64,000 bases of DNA, taken from the NCBI GenBank assembly GCA_964035545.1, contig OZ037766.1, forward strand, positions 29,266,640-29,330,639, in the 5' to 3' direction. Of the stretch, positions 38,512 through 52,630 are shown piece after piece. Source of the stretch: Bugula neritina. Its lineage: Eukaryota; Animalia; Bryozoa. Position numbers and translations under genes: made by a program. Within the stretch, counting starts at the first letter, position 1; each line of letters opens with the position of its first letter. Under the pieces are notes generated by a model. The model was not told the DNA's origin, made no database searches, and saw only the letters and a program-made list of their open reading frames with translations.

Positions 38512-39211
38512 TGTAAAGGATCTAACAAAGAAGCATGATAGCCCTTGTTACAAATACCACTAGAACTTTTATTTTTAGCCTTTAATGGTGATATTTGTTA
38601 TTGTTAGATAGTTCATTCTCCTGTGCAGCAGTCAGCTGCCTAATAATAGGTAAAGCCTAACCGCCACCTTTGTTGAAGTCAGCTTTTAGGGTTTGACAGG
38701 AACTGATCCATCTTCCTTTATGAGGTCATTACATGTGCCCCATAGTTAGCTGACCATAATTATAGCTAAATTTAGATGTAATTACCTTTTCTTTGTGATT
38801 GCCCTGGTATTTAAGGCAGCATTGAAACTCCAAAAAGACAGTCACTCATGTAGCCTAAGCTGAGCTACTTATTTTGTTAAGTTAAGTGACAAAGAGCTAA
38901 ATTTTGAAGATATTATAGCAAGCTCGTCAAGAGAATAAAGGTATTTTATTATTATTCTTTGCTATTTTTAACTTGATAATGCTTTATGTCTTTTGTTACA
39001 ATTTTTATTGCTGTTATATTTTAATATTATATCGTGATGTTTGCTGGTATTTGAACAACTGTATTGTATGAGTTTTAGCACACCTATATGTATTCTTTAT
39101 GTTACTTGTAGTTTTTACGATTTAGAAGAAAATTAATAAAAGTGAGAGATTTGTTAAAACTTCTTCTCAGTCCGTACCAAAACCATTTTCGTGGCGAGAC
39201 CTTGCTCAACA
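38512..39211 (+). repeat. 3' LTR (700 bp)
   Basis: Direct repeat of 33351-34050, preceded by the polypurine tract and followed by the TCTAG TSD. Confidence 0.97.
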
Positions 39212-40077
39212 TCTAGGAAGAGAAAATATTTTACAAGCACCATCAGAAAGGGCCCAAAAAATAAAACTTACAAATATAAACAGGTTGCGGCATTTTGAGA
39301 AAATGGCAAACTACACAGAAGCTGTGATTATAGATTAGCTATCTAAGGTTAACAAGACCTTAGCTTGATTTGTGATCACCAAGTAGTTTCACAACTGTGC
39401 ACTGCATGCATGCATGAATTACCTTGCTTGTTATTTTATCCGGCAATTGAAATTAATTCAAATGTGAAGAGCTTATTGCATATAAGTTTGAAGACTTCCA
39501 ACAAGTGCTTGAGATGCTCATTTTATAATGCAGCTGCTTTGGTTAGAAAGCTTGCTATTTCCTAAGCTAAAGTTCTATACGGGTAAACTAAGAGTCACGA
39601 AGTTATAGTAAAATATGGAAATAAAGTACTATAAGTATATAATTAGTGTAGTCTGTTATGTTCCACAGGAAATTGCTGTTTGTGTCTTGGGATTAAATTG
39701 ATGAGACGTTTAGCATTTCTAAGCTAATTTATAAAACAGGTTTTTGTTTAATAGACTTTTATCAATAGTCTCAAATAAACCATTTCAAACAATGTCAATT
39801 GCATGCTATAAAATATGTTAGTATGTGTTGAGTGAGAAAAATCAATAATAAACATTACAGCTAACAATTGATGTAGGCTCTATAATTTTTATTAGAATAT
39901 AAAAACACTATTTGTAGCTCTTCAAAAAAAAATTATTTGAAACGGCTGGGGTTGAAAAAATATTTGGATAATTATTAACTAATTAATAACCAGCCTGACT
40001 CCATTAATCAAAATAACCAATTTATATAGTAACAGATTACTTTATTATGGAACTTTAAACATTGACAATTAAAGTAT

Positions 40078-40158
40078 TTACACTTTATTATGAATACACT
40101 TTATTATAATAATACACTTTATTATAAATACACTTTATTATGAATACACTTTATTATG
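40078..40158. repeat. About 16-bp tandem repeat (ACACTTTATTATGAAT)n
   Basis: Directly visible. Confidence 0.85.
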
Positions 40159-40498
40159 GAAGACTGCACATATTTAAAATAGCACTAAAATTAGGCTATA
40201 AAATTTATGGATCCTCATTATAATGAGACTAGACTTACACACATATACTTATTATATATACAAGTTGTATGTTTCATAATCTTTTGGTGTTGTGATTGAA
40301 ATACGCAAAGTTGCACATCACTCAAGTTTGTAAAGATGATATGAAACAATCAGATAGATAGGAAGTGTGACCTAACAGATGCCATCTTATCACATACATA
40401 CACCTTGTTAACTTGTTAGATGATTATTTCCCGTCAGCTTCCTTTACTTTTCTCTCCGCTTTCTCTACTGTGAAGTAGCCAAGTCTCTTGGGAGAACT

Positions 40499-43400
40499 AT
40501 GTCAGCAGTCAACTCTCTAGCTGGGTGCTGCCTGCTCATCTTAGTCAGTTTTGCTGCTGCCGAAATCCAACTCAAGATTCACTGGGTTCGTTTAGCAGAC
40601 TTTAAAGATTTTGGTCATTTCGTGGCTCTACATATTATATGCAATATATTACAATATATATGATAATACCACACCGTTTGAGAATAACATAATGTCTGAT
40701 GAACTTTTGGAGTGTTGTGGTAGAAACATTAATTTTAGTAGACATTAGTGATTAGAAGCACAAACTTTGAATTGAGCTGTTCAGAGGGTCAGAATGTGGT
40801 TTTGAGTGTCATAATTTGAAGTCATATAATGTATATTGGGTAATTTGAACTAGTAATGTGCTTGCTAATGACCTCCATTTAGGAGCAGTAGCGGAGAAAT
40901 AGAGATGGCCTAAGTTCTTTAAATTTATTTACAAATTTTGGTTTGGGGCATGGCTTGAGAACATGACTTCCTATGCTACATTTCTAATCTAGAACACAGG
41001 CTTTTCTCAATTTCTCAATTAATGTGCCTACCTCTGCTAAAGTGATTAAGTGGGCACCAAGACTAGTCTATTGCTGCAAACAGGAAACTATACTTACTGA
41101 GTAATACAGTAACCCATTATTAATAATAAGCACAGTGTGTCATTATTATCTGCATATAAACAGTTGCCAAAGTAAAGGGGCATGCAGGGGCACCCTTACC
41201 TTTACCTTTCTATAGACTTTGATTCTTCAAAACTCAATCTGTTTATTCAAATTACATATAACTTATACTGTACAGCGAAAACTTGGATTATATGGTAGAG
41301 TTTTAAGTTTTCCAACTTAATTTATTCAAAACACAAAAAAACATTTATGCGAGGTAATGGTGCACTGAGTTAAGACTCTGTATTCTTCAGACTGAGTCTA
41401 ATGGTACGAGGCAGATTTTCACACCAAAGGAGTTTGCCAAGCTGTCAGAAGATGATCGAACTGAGCATAGGCTGACAAAGCGTAACGCTATCAAAGATTA
41501 CAAATACCTGTGGCATTTAGGAGTCGTCTACTACGACATTGATGCACGAACTGCCGGTGAGCTCATTGGACATCTCGTGCTGAATCATTGGACATGTAAC
41601 GCTGTGACATGGAGCGTGTAACGCTGTGACATTTTAGATTAGAGCGTCTGTAAACTTTAGCTGCCAGTACAATACATCTAAATACTAGTAAATGCAAAGG
41701 TCAAAAATAAAACAGTCAACAGAATTATCAAGCTACTTGCCATATGACCTGGTTTTTTGCAACAATATGGCTGTTTCATTTGGTCACTAAATTTGTGGAA
41801 GTTTCTCCTGGTAGTAATATTAAATGGAAACAATAATATGTATTGTATTGTACCATATGTTATACAGTCCAGCATTACAATAATATATGTTATATTCCAT
41901 AAATGATGTTGTAGATTGTAATACAGCAGTATATGTATTCCAGTAACATATTTACAATGTAATTTTATTGGGATGCATTCCAATGTAATATATTATATTG
42001 CAATATATATTATGTAATAGATTTAAATGGTCCATGACAGGTTATGATAACATTGTTATTGCATTATTGAATTATATAATTCGAGTCTCCTATGTTTTTC
42101 TATTAAAAACTTGATTTTTTAGACTTTAGGCTGCTGCAGATATTGAGTCCAGCATTTCAATTTTTTGAAAAATACACATGCATTCGATGGAAGAGACGAA
42201 TACCAGGCGACGGCCATAATGACTATGTCATCTTTACAATGCCTTATGGGAATGTGAGGTAAATATTCATAGCAAGTAGTAGCTAAATAAAGTAATAAAT
42301 AGCATACATAAGAATAGCATGCCATAATATTATGTAATAGCTCTAAGTTATATTTGGAATATATACTGTCATAAACTCTTACTTCACATACTGTAAATGT
42401 TGTCTATGTTGCATAAAATATACACTAAGAAGATTTTTTATTTTATGACTATGTTAATTAATTAATTAATATTTTCAGAAAAGTAATTTTTATTATATCT
42501 TTCATAATCTATTTATATGAGAGATAGCTCACATGCAAAAGTTGAACCATTTCTAACTCTTTTCTATTACGCTATCTTATATAGCATATATAAAATGCTA
42601 CAATGTAATATAATATACCATTTAGTGTTATGTATGATATTACATCATGCTATATATATTGCAATGAAATATATAAATATATTATGTAAATAATATATAT
42701 GACAAAATATATCATATCATTTTATATCATATAATAATGCTATATTATAATAAATTAGAATACATATCACACTGTATTATACATACTATATTATATTATA
42801 TGGTGTATTATTATACTATGTAGAATATGTAACAGTGCCGTTGGCAAGCAGTCTGGCAGGCAGTATATTAACCTTGACACAGAATGTGTGAAATCTCTAG
42901 CCATAGTTCTACACCAAATGACTCACGCATTAGGGTTCTACCACATGCACACCCGCCCTGATCGTGACGACTATATTTCAGTTTTTCCAGAAAATGCTGC
43001 ACCAGGTAAAGCCTATTTTATGTAATGTACTACAATATATACTTTCTAGCAGTTTACCTGATAGATTGATAATTCAAGTGGTTTTATTGATAAGAAATCA
43101 GAGTTTGATATAATTTGAGAATAACTACAGGTAAATATTATTTAGTTGTTTTTCATTATAAGAAACATGTCAATTTATTGTGTGATGATTGGTCAAAAAA
43201 AATTGAAGGAAATTCGTTTTTAATATAATTCCTTGTTTTGATTGAAATTTCATTAGAATAATATTTGTAAAGCTAAGAGTGAATGAAATTAATTTAAGTT
43301 TATAGAACTATTTTATAATTTTTTACCAACAGCAAAAGATCTCTTTATTCAAAAGAACTATATTTGTAAACAAATTAACTGGAAGCATTTACATATTACT

Positions 43401-45507
43401 CTTGAGCTAAAATTGAATTTTATAGATCAACTCTTAATTTGCAGATGCATGTCGAGATGTGCAGAAATGTTCATTTTTAACATTTTAATCATTGCTAGCC
43501 GTTTTGGTTTAGTTTTAAAGTGCAGTTAGTCTTGCAACAATATCATATCCGAAACCAAATTTTGTTAGAATTAATTTTATAAATTTGGGCCTGACTATCA
43601 GTACGTTTGCACATGTGTAGTGAAACTATTGTGATCATGTGATCATGTGATACACGTCAAGTAGTGAAACTACATTTACACTTTGTATATAAGAGCTATT
43701 CTATACAGTATGTTCTCTAGGGTTTTCCACTAACTTTTAGCTATGTAACAAATAAACTCTTTTGTTAGAAAACAGGAAGTTCTTTGACAAAGAGTCTCCT
43801 GATACAGCAGACGCTCTTGGGTTTCCATACGAATACAACAGTTTGATGCACTTTGACGGATTCAAGTACGCGAAAGGATTTGATCCGACTATTAAAGGGA
43901 AAGTGAAAGGAGCTCAACTCGGCAACTCTGTAGCTCTCACGTTTCAAGACATTCTCATGATAAACAAACTGTACGCTGACTGCAAGAGTGAGTTAATGAA
44001 AATATATATATTGTATACTGATAAACGATACTCAAGTTACCATAGAAACCTATATACATGTATGAAATTAAAAGTGATCCACTGTAAAAAATTAGATATT
44101 CATCCAGCTTAACCTCTTTCAGAAGTTGTTTACTCTTACAAGGGCCTATTGTGTGCAAGAGTTATATCATAGTAGTAAACTAAATAATATTTGTTATTTA
44201 CAATTTATAGACTTTCTATAGCAGGCTTTACTTAGACTGAGTACAATTACTTGCTTACTTGTAATCATAAGCCTTAGCCGCTTTGTTAGTCAAAACTACA
44301 ACCATATAAAGATTAACAATTTCATTGTATTCAGTCTTCTTAAATACATACACTATTGGAATTAAAACTCATGTTATATATATTATTATAATATAATATA
44401 ATAATATTCCGCCAACCTGCAGAACCACCAGTAAAAGGTGACCATAATGTATAATATTATTATTATCATATTTGAAGTTAGGCATCAAGAACATAACTTC
44501 TACCTATCTGGTGATGTAAGGCAGCATGTAATCACAGCTCATGTACTTTTTTACAGCTTCCTGTCGATTTGCAAATGGCGGCTGTGAACACAACTGTTAC
44601 GATGACGCTCCAGGTAAAGTCACATGCTCCTGTCTACAAGGGTATCGGTTGGAAAAAGATCAGAAGACCTGTTTTGGTGAGTCCAACAAATATTCATTTT
44701 CTCATCTGCATACATGTTCGAGTAGATTAGTTTCGGTTTGCCGTCTTCAGAGCATCCAGAATTGTCAAGTGTTTAAATTCAAGCCTGCACTTGCATATAA
44801 AGTATTCTAACTTTGATGTTTGCATATACATTTTACGATTTAGAGATGTTTACCTTTCCTTGCAAAGGATTAACTCAGTTGTCAGCGAAAGCTTAAAATG
44901 AGAACATATAATTTCTCCTCCATAACCTAACTATAGAGGGAGCCTCTACTTTGTCTTTTTTCACACTATCATTTCACTCCAACTCTTTTTATTCAGACCA
45001 AGTTTTTCACGTCAAAAGTTATTCAGCTATAGGCCTACCAAAGCTCCACCTGTTTGACTACAGCACTCTTTCTACTGGTTACATCATTCTAATGACTTCC
45101 ATCTTTACTCTGCTTACTTATATTACTAAATCTATGTATCTACTTGCATTACATTTACCCCACTTACTTTAGCATTGTTTGACTTTTTGGTTGCACATTT
45201 CCATGTGTGCAATTACTTACAACTTACATATAACCAACACTAAGTTTTCTAATACCATACCCTAGAACTACTGGCAACTAGCTTTCCTCTACATGACTTA
45301 ACTAGCAAACTGAGCTAGTACTATTGCTGCTTTGTTGTATTTTACTTTCATATCCTGCAGACGTGGATGAATGCTCAGAGAACAATGGAGGTTGTGATCA
45401 TATTTGTAGTAAACACGGGGCATGGTACAGGTGCTCCTGTAGAAATGGATTCCGCTTGCATTCCAACGGCTACTCCTGCAGAGGTATTTCAGCTTACTAA
45501 GTGGTAG

Positions 45508-45583
<76 letters not shown>

Positions 45584-48500
45584 ATATATAATGTTATGTA
45601 TTATAAAATGTAACATATATTACATATAATATAATATATAATATATATTGTATATATCATATATAGTATGCTATATATAATACAATATATATAATATAAT
45701 TCACAGCAGGTTGATTTGCAACTTGGTTTTTCCTAATAGCTGAATAACCTAGCTGTGTATTTCTTTTAGCCAACAACTTATGTGAAACTGGAGCACTCAA
45801 GTGTGAACAGGAGTGTAACTTCAATCAGTGTCGCTGTCGTTCTGGCTATTACTTGCTGGATGACAAAACCAGTTGTGGAGGTAAGTAATAATGTCACAGG
45901 TGTTCTTGTGGGCTGACTGAGCTGCTTAAGAATAATCTAATAGTGCAGCTTGCCACAAAGCTCAGAGTCAGTTTAGCTATGTTTCTATATTACAGACGTA
46001 AATGAGTGCCACAGTAAGAATGGCGGATGTGAGGGCACCTGCACCAACAATGTTGGCTCCTTCAGCTGCAGCTGTCCAAAAGGGAAATATCTCAGCAATG
46101 ATGGCAAGTCTTGTACTGGTATGTATATTTGCTACTAAAATGTTTAAGTTATGATTATTTAGTATGTCATATCATGTTCTACTTAAAGTTTTAGGATGAA
46201 TGATTATTAGCAAAACTTAAAAATGTTAAACACTTATGTAGAAGCTTGAGTATTAAAGGAAGATCAATGTTTTAGAAATATATGTGTAATAACAACTTTT
46301 CCTATGTACCTGTTTTATTAAAACTGTTAATTTCACAGCAATAACATGCACTGCTGCACCAGCAGTAGCTGATGCTGAGATAACATGTACAAACAAGAAG
46401 ATGGTAGATGGTACAGAGTGTACATACAGCTGTAAGCAAGGATTCAAGATAACTGGAAACAATAAAGTAGTTTGCAAAGGGAGAGACTGGCTAGGCACAG
46501 TTCCACAGTGTAAGCGTGAGTTTTTACATGCGCAGTAGAGAGTGTGTTTTTATAGCTGACAATATCTACTCATATTATATATATTTTTATATAGAAACAT
46601 ATTTATACGGGACTAGTAGTATTATCTACTCATAAAATGTCGTCTAAACTAGCATATATAAGGTTATGGCGTATGTATTCAATACAAGGCAGGGAGATAT
46701 ATCTTAGTTCACACAAGAAACATTAGCTTTCGCTGAAAGCTTTCTATAGCTTTTTCTCTAAAAGCTCGCGTAGCAACAATGCTATAATGCAGCAGTATTT
46801 CTAAGGAACTGTATAGAAATAGATAAATGTTGGTGACAATGTGTATAGGATTTTATAATGCTGAAACTTTAAACATGATTATTTGCTTAATAATAAGTCA
46901 CAGGGCTATGAAATAGAAAAGTGAGTATAACAGTTAATAGATAGCAAAGTATAGTTGTTTTATCTGCTGGTTTACTATTATTCTACGAAAAAACCAGCTA
47001 TTAGATAAATGATAAAGTAGAAAAGGTGTCATGCTACATGTTGACTAAGCTCTAGAGTGTAGAGTTTAGTGCACAACTTTGAACAGAAAAGTTATATAAA
47101 AAAACTTTCGAATTGACTTGAAAATTCACTTATAAGATAACATTATGATACATAGTAATATTATAAATAATGGTTGAATGCCTTTACTAATTTTATTCAC
47201 ATACATCATTTAATAGTGTATGATAAAAACTCAATTACTGTACACTCAGTTCAGATATTTTTTATAAACTACAAATTATTATTTATATAAATCTGGTAAG
47301 TCTGGAAGTTTTTAGTAAGCTGCAACTATTGACACAAAATTATTTAACTACTAACCACTTTTTGTGAATTCTCTTTTAGATACTTTAGTAGGAAAATTGT
47401 CTACCCCATTTTATTAAGCAATAATCACGGTTATAACAATTAACTTACAAAATGTTCTAGCACATATATACAGCTGCTATCGGTAAGTTGCTATATTTAT
47501 ATAATGTAACTACACACAGAAACTGATAGATGCCAGCTGGACAATGGTGGGTGTGAACAACTCTGCTGGGCGAACACTTGGACTTCCATCAGGTGCAGCT
47601 GTAAGTCAGGATTTCAAATACAAACCAATGGGAAGAACTGCACTGGTAAGTATTAGTGCTTGTTTTATTCATAGCCTAGCTCGTTGTTTATATAAGTAAT
47701 GCAACGGAATAAAATATTTATACAGCATTTCATGTTTTATATTATCTTTTTATATTTTTATTTCCATAACAGCTTTACTTCGGAGTTGCCCACTTTTTAT
47801 AATTTTCATTTTGCATTTCAACACAACTCAAGACACAACAAATGTGCCAAATACCACTTTTTCAGCAAATAAGTTTAAATGTTATTTTTTAGTAGAAATT
47901 AACAAACACAAAGCTGTTTCTATAAAAAACCTAGTCTGCTTTATTAATCTATATATCTAAAATCTATATTTATTAGATTCTCACCCTTTAACAAGTGTAA
48001 ATGATTTCAAACATTTTGTTTATAAACTCAAAATTTCTGTTTGCTGACTCTGTTTACAGATATTGAGCCACCTACTATAACCAAGTGTCCAAGTGATGTG
48101 TACTCCAACACAGTTCCTAAAAAAGGGTTTGCTTTCGTTACCTGGCAACTTCCTGAATTCTACGTGAGTTTCTTTTTCCTGACGTCTAAGCAAGCGTTAG
48201 CCAACAGTGTTTTAAAAACAAGTGACCAATCATATATATATTATTTAAATAAGAAGCTGCAGCTTAAACTAGGAATTGAAAAGGATCTCATGAATAGAGA
48301 AATATATTAATATTTTATAATTTTATATAATATGTTATTAAAATGTTATATAAAAATAGCATACATATTATCATGAATTATTATTTCTATTATGCTACAT
48401 TATTATTATTACCACATGTTATCATGCTTAGCTAAATAACATCTTACACAGAGTTTATTTCTACATTTATAAAGAGGCTTACATACTTCATTACTATTAT

Positions 48501-51500
48501 TTATATATACATATGTATACTTTTACCAGGACAATGTTGGAGCTAGTATAGTAAAAGGACCAGTCATGCAAGATCAAATTGGGGGAATATTCAACATCGG
48601 CCCTCACACTGTCGATTACACTGTGAGAGATAAAATAGGCTTAGAATCTTACTGCTCTTTCAAGATTAAAGTAAATGGTATGCTTATAGTATAGTACATT
48701 ACCAGCTATTGCAAGAAATGCAATTAAGTTTATGCAATGCGGGAAATAGTATATAAAAAACAAACTATATTTAGTTATAAAATACAGAAATGGAAAGTTG
48801 GCTATAACTGCATAAGTTTCATTGTAAAATTAGAATTATTATGTGTCCTAATAAGTTATTATTTATTAGCCTTAAAGAGTATTTAAAAATATAATGCATA
48901 GAACAATTTATATATACACTCTTTATGTTTCTAATCCTCAATGATATTTAGCATCACAATTTTTATCAGAATTGTAATTTTGGTTTTAGATTATATAGAG
49001 GGAAGTACACTAAAATAATTTTTACATATTGATAACTAAAACTGAGATAAATATTTTAGAGATTTGTGCTAGTAATAAAACAACAACAATCTTTATAATT
49101 TTGGGAAGCAAATTGTCCAAAAATTGAAATAGTTATAATTATTTTCCCTAATGCCATACTGTTATGTATACCCAACAGACGTAGAAGCTCCGGACATGTT
49201 TAACTGCCCAGGAGAACAAACCTATGAAATTATCTCTCAACAGCAGAAGATTGAAGGTTAGAGGTTTTTGTTACAGTTAATTTCATTATGTTTGTCATGT
49301 CTACACTTTAGTATATAGGTATCAAGGTCAGCTATTAGTATCAAGAGCTGCTATGCTAAATAAGATAATTCAAACTGTGCAAAATAATCACTTTTAAAGA
49401 CAAAATATGCAAATTACCATAATATGTTATTTTTTTATTAATAATGGTTAAGCAAAATATGTTATTTTGGTGAGTTTTCCATTTTGTGGCTCTATGAGAT
49501 GGAAAATTATTCAATAAATAGTGCAACTGTTGGTAGCCAATTTACTACATCTATGCAAGAAACCCTGATTAAAAAGGCTTTTTATTAAATCAGGCTAAGG
49601 ACTTATTTAAATGAGGCATAGGAGAAATTATGACTGGATGCTCTTTCTAACTTCACCACTAGTGTTTGGACCCGAACCACTGACTTCATGTTTGCTAGGC
49701 CAGAACTCTAATCACGACACCACGGTTGTTCTCTAGTAGCCAACTCACATCTGGTTGGTATTATTTCCACACAGAGAGGCAGTCCAGGTAGTAGCATGTG
49801 ATTCCTAATTTAGCCTGTGCTCTTTACATGTAGCCAATTGGCAGGAGCCATCTTTTTGGGATAACTCTGGCAATGTAACAGTCACCACAGACTTGCCATC
49901 AAACAAGCTGTTGCAGCCAAGGTCACAGGAAGTTCACTACATAGCAACAGACCCGTCAGGGAACTCCGTCGTCTGCACTGTTAAAGTTACTGTCAATGGT
50001 AAGTAATCATATAACATGGTACAACACTAACTGGCTGTATGAACCAAGGTTGTTAATGAGGGAATCATGTAGCGTTGAGAGGGTTTGCATTCTTTAGTAT
50101 AGTGTCTTAGCATGTTTCCTCAATGGCTGGTCAAGCACTTGGCTAAAATGACCAACCCACATGGTGAGTTTTATTGCATTTCAATATTTTCCAAAATAAA
50201 TATTCTTTTTAAGATTCTTGTTTAATCATACCAGGGCAATTATAATTTAATTATTTGCAAAGAAACATAGAAACTTCCATAATGGTTTTTGATTGATGTT
50301 GATGTAGCAGAAGGGTTTGCAATTGTTAGGGTTTGTTTGTGAAATATTTTCTACCCTGTAATAATATTACTATAACAACTAAAAGAAGAAAGATGTACAT
50401 TCAACTCATAGCCTTTAAACTGTGATTATTTTTTAGTGAAGGAGGCTAACTGCAAGGCGTTCCCGTACCCCATCACAGGAGGAACCATTCAATGTGATGA
50501 GTTTGTGTTTGGTACTCAGTGCCGGCCGCAGTGTGACAGTGATTACAACCTGCTGAATGACGGACTTGCCCCTTACTACACTTGCTATGGGGATAAATGG
50601 AGGCCTGATCCTCAACCAATCAGCTGTCCAGGTGACCATATAATCCAAATGTACATTTATAAAGCTGTTGTGCAGTGTTACCCATTGCTGAATGGTGGTA
50701 ATTAATATGCTAAAATAATGAAATAGACTATTTGGCTGCAGCTGTTATAGTTGTTAAACATTGAAAGCATAAGTTGTCCGCAATATTTTCTCATATTAGA
50801 GCAACTATTTTTAAAAAACATCAGATTGAAATGTTTTATGTTTATATGTTGAAGCTTACAATTCTATCCTATTCTACTACCAAAATTATTATTACGTTCA
50901 AAGAGAGTCACCACATGAAACTAGTAGTATAAGTTGAGGTTTGGTAAATCAGAGTTATGCAATGGAAGGTTAAAGTGTCTAGTTATTCATTCTAGAGAGC
51001 CCTTTGACAAATCTTTAAATTTTTGAAAATTAAAATAGATTTACGAAAAGCGCAAAGAGGTCCAACATTGACATATGAAGTAGCCTACAAGCATATATGC
51101 TTTCCTCAAAGAACAATCTCTATACCACAACTTGAGAAAACAGCTACCACGCTAGTGCAAAGGTAGGTTTTACTGATCTTTTGAGGTAGATATAATGAAT
51201 AAAACATAATAAAAAGTTAAGTTAGTGAAGCTAATTAAGAACTTTATTGGCTCCAAATTTTCAGGTAGAAAGTTTATTGCTCAGGAAAATAGACTAATGA
51301 TGACATGCATTTTAAAGGAAAGCTAATATCACTATGCTATTGTGACTGGAGTTCTCTTATGTCTATAATTCTCACTGTCAAAAGTGAATGAAGCTATTCG
51401 GCTCACAATTGAAATTACATTCTAGAAAACATGTGTCAAAATGAACATATTTTTTATAAGTTTAAATGATACCAATTTGATATCCCAACAGGATTTATAG

Positions 51501-52630
51501 GAATCTTGCAAGAGTAACCCTAGGTTTCAGTAAATAAGTTCAACACTATTAGCCTAGGGCCACATGGTGCGTATTTTCGCATGCGAAAATTGAAATCACA
51601 AGTAGTAAAGGTGTCCACTGTACGCGTTGAGAAAACATTCGCACTTGTCGCTCAGCATTCTCAACGCAAGTGCGAATCGTCTCTGTCGTCATCACCTAAT
51701 TGGCTGGTAGTTATTCAGCGAGCCCAATTTCTTTATTTTAGTGCTACATTCCAGTAAATTGCGTTTTATTGAAAGCGAGTGCGATTTAAAAATGAAAGCT
51801 TTATTTATCACGCATCACTGACGCTACAGTGGACACCTTTGCTACTTGTGATTTCAATTTTCACATGCGAAAATACGCACCGTGTGGCCCTAGGCTAAAA
51901 ACCAGCAGGATATGCCCGGTATATTTAGGCTTCAACATGGTAGATACAGCTCAGCTTCTTTACCAGGTACAAGAAGGTTCTGTGCCCGACAGCAGGGGAC
52001 AGCTGTAAGCTGACGGTGAATGCGCAGGTTCAGTGTTCAAGGGACAGCGTGTCGCTGCTGATCTCTACATCAGAGCCGGTCAAGTCTCCATCCACCAGCA
52101 GATACATGCAGCAGTTGAAAGATAACATCCGCAAGAACCAATCAGGTAACATATCTCTTTAGGAGAACCAATAGAAAATAATGTAACAACTGATGCGTTG
52201 GTAGGCCACATCATGTGAGTTGTATTTTATTCTAAATGTGTTGGACAAGAAGTGAGACATCTCCTTAGGGAACCGATAGAAAAAGACTGCAATAACCAAT
52301 GTGTAGGTAGGCTACATAACATGAGATGTCATTGTATTCTATGTGTTGAACAGGATTGTTTCTGTATACCGCAATTGATTCCGTGGTTGCCTCACCTGTG
52401 GCAAACAGTGAAGGGCTGAAAGCAGTTCCCAAAATCGATTTTGCCTGTAAAGCTGGAGATAAGATGGATGCTACAGAATTAAAGTGCTGTAAGTTTTAAT
52501 TTCTTTTAGCCCTGGTATATTTATCCAGTGTGTAATAGAGGTTATAGACCAAGAATTAGCTGTTGCATTATGGTACTTGGGTTAACCTAGCTAACTAAAA
52601 ATATGATTTTACATTTTAGATTCCAATTGA
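40499..52630 (+). CDS. Secreted astacin-family (M12A) multidomain protein, about 902 aa: signal-pro-astacin(HQxxH)-4xEGF-sushi-EGF-2xHYR-sushi-Cys-containing C-terminal domain
   Basis: 20 frame-consistent exons: 40499-40585, 41391-41556, 42123-42258, 42824-43005, 43769-43987, 44557-44676, 45361-45483, 45770-45880, 45996-46118, 46339-46515, 47520-47645, 48060-48163, 48530-48677, 49179-49256, 49834-49998, 50437-50631, 51039-51162, 51967-52145, 52354-52488, 52620-52630. Motifs KR|[64 protein letters not shown] repeats, [20 protein letters not shown] at 52698 and 52706. Confidence 0.9.
45510..45591. repeat. (TA)n microsatellite
   Basis: Directly visible. Confidence 0.95.
49553..49735 (-). mobile_element. 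tRNA-derived SINE copy, same family as 12123-12343
   Basis: Reverse complement reads TGGTGTCGTGATTAGAG (A-box-like) ... GGTTCGGGTCC (B-box) ... TGGTGAAGTTAGAAAGAGCATCCAGTCATAA ... AATAAGTCCTTAGCCTGATTTAA. Confidence 0.7.
51552..51895. mobile_element. MITE / non-autonomous DNA transposon with about 70-bp terminal inverted repeats
   Basis: Left end GCCTAGGGCCACATGGTGCGTATTTTCGCATGCGAAAATTGAAATCACAAGTAGTAAAGGTGTCCACTGTA matches the reverse complement of the right end with 3 mismatches; flanked by TA on both sides (TTA/TAA); no ORF. Superfamily uncertain (PIF/Harbinger-like or Tc1/mariner-like). Confidence 0.88.

Larger units (their letters stand above)
33351..39211 (+). mobile_element. BEL/Pao LTR retrotransposon, internally deleted (non-autonomous), recent insertion
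   Basis: 700-bp TG..CA LTRs at 33351-34050 and 38512-39211; 5-bp TSD TCTAG at 33346-33350 and 39212-39216; polypurine tract AAAGGGGGGAG at 38501-38511; single gag-pol ORF. Confidence 0.97.
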
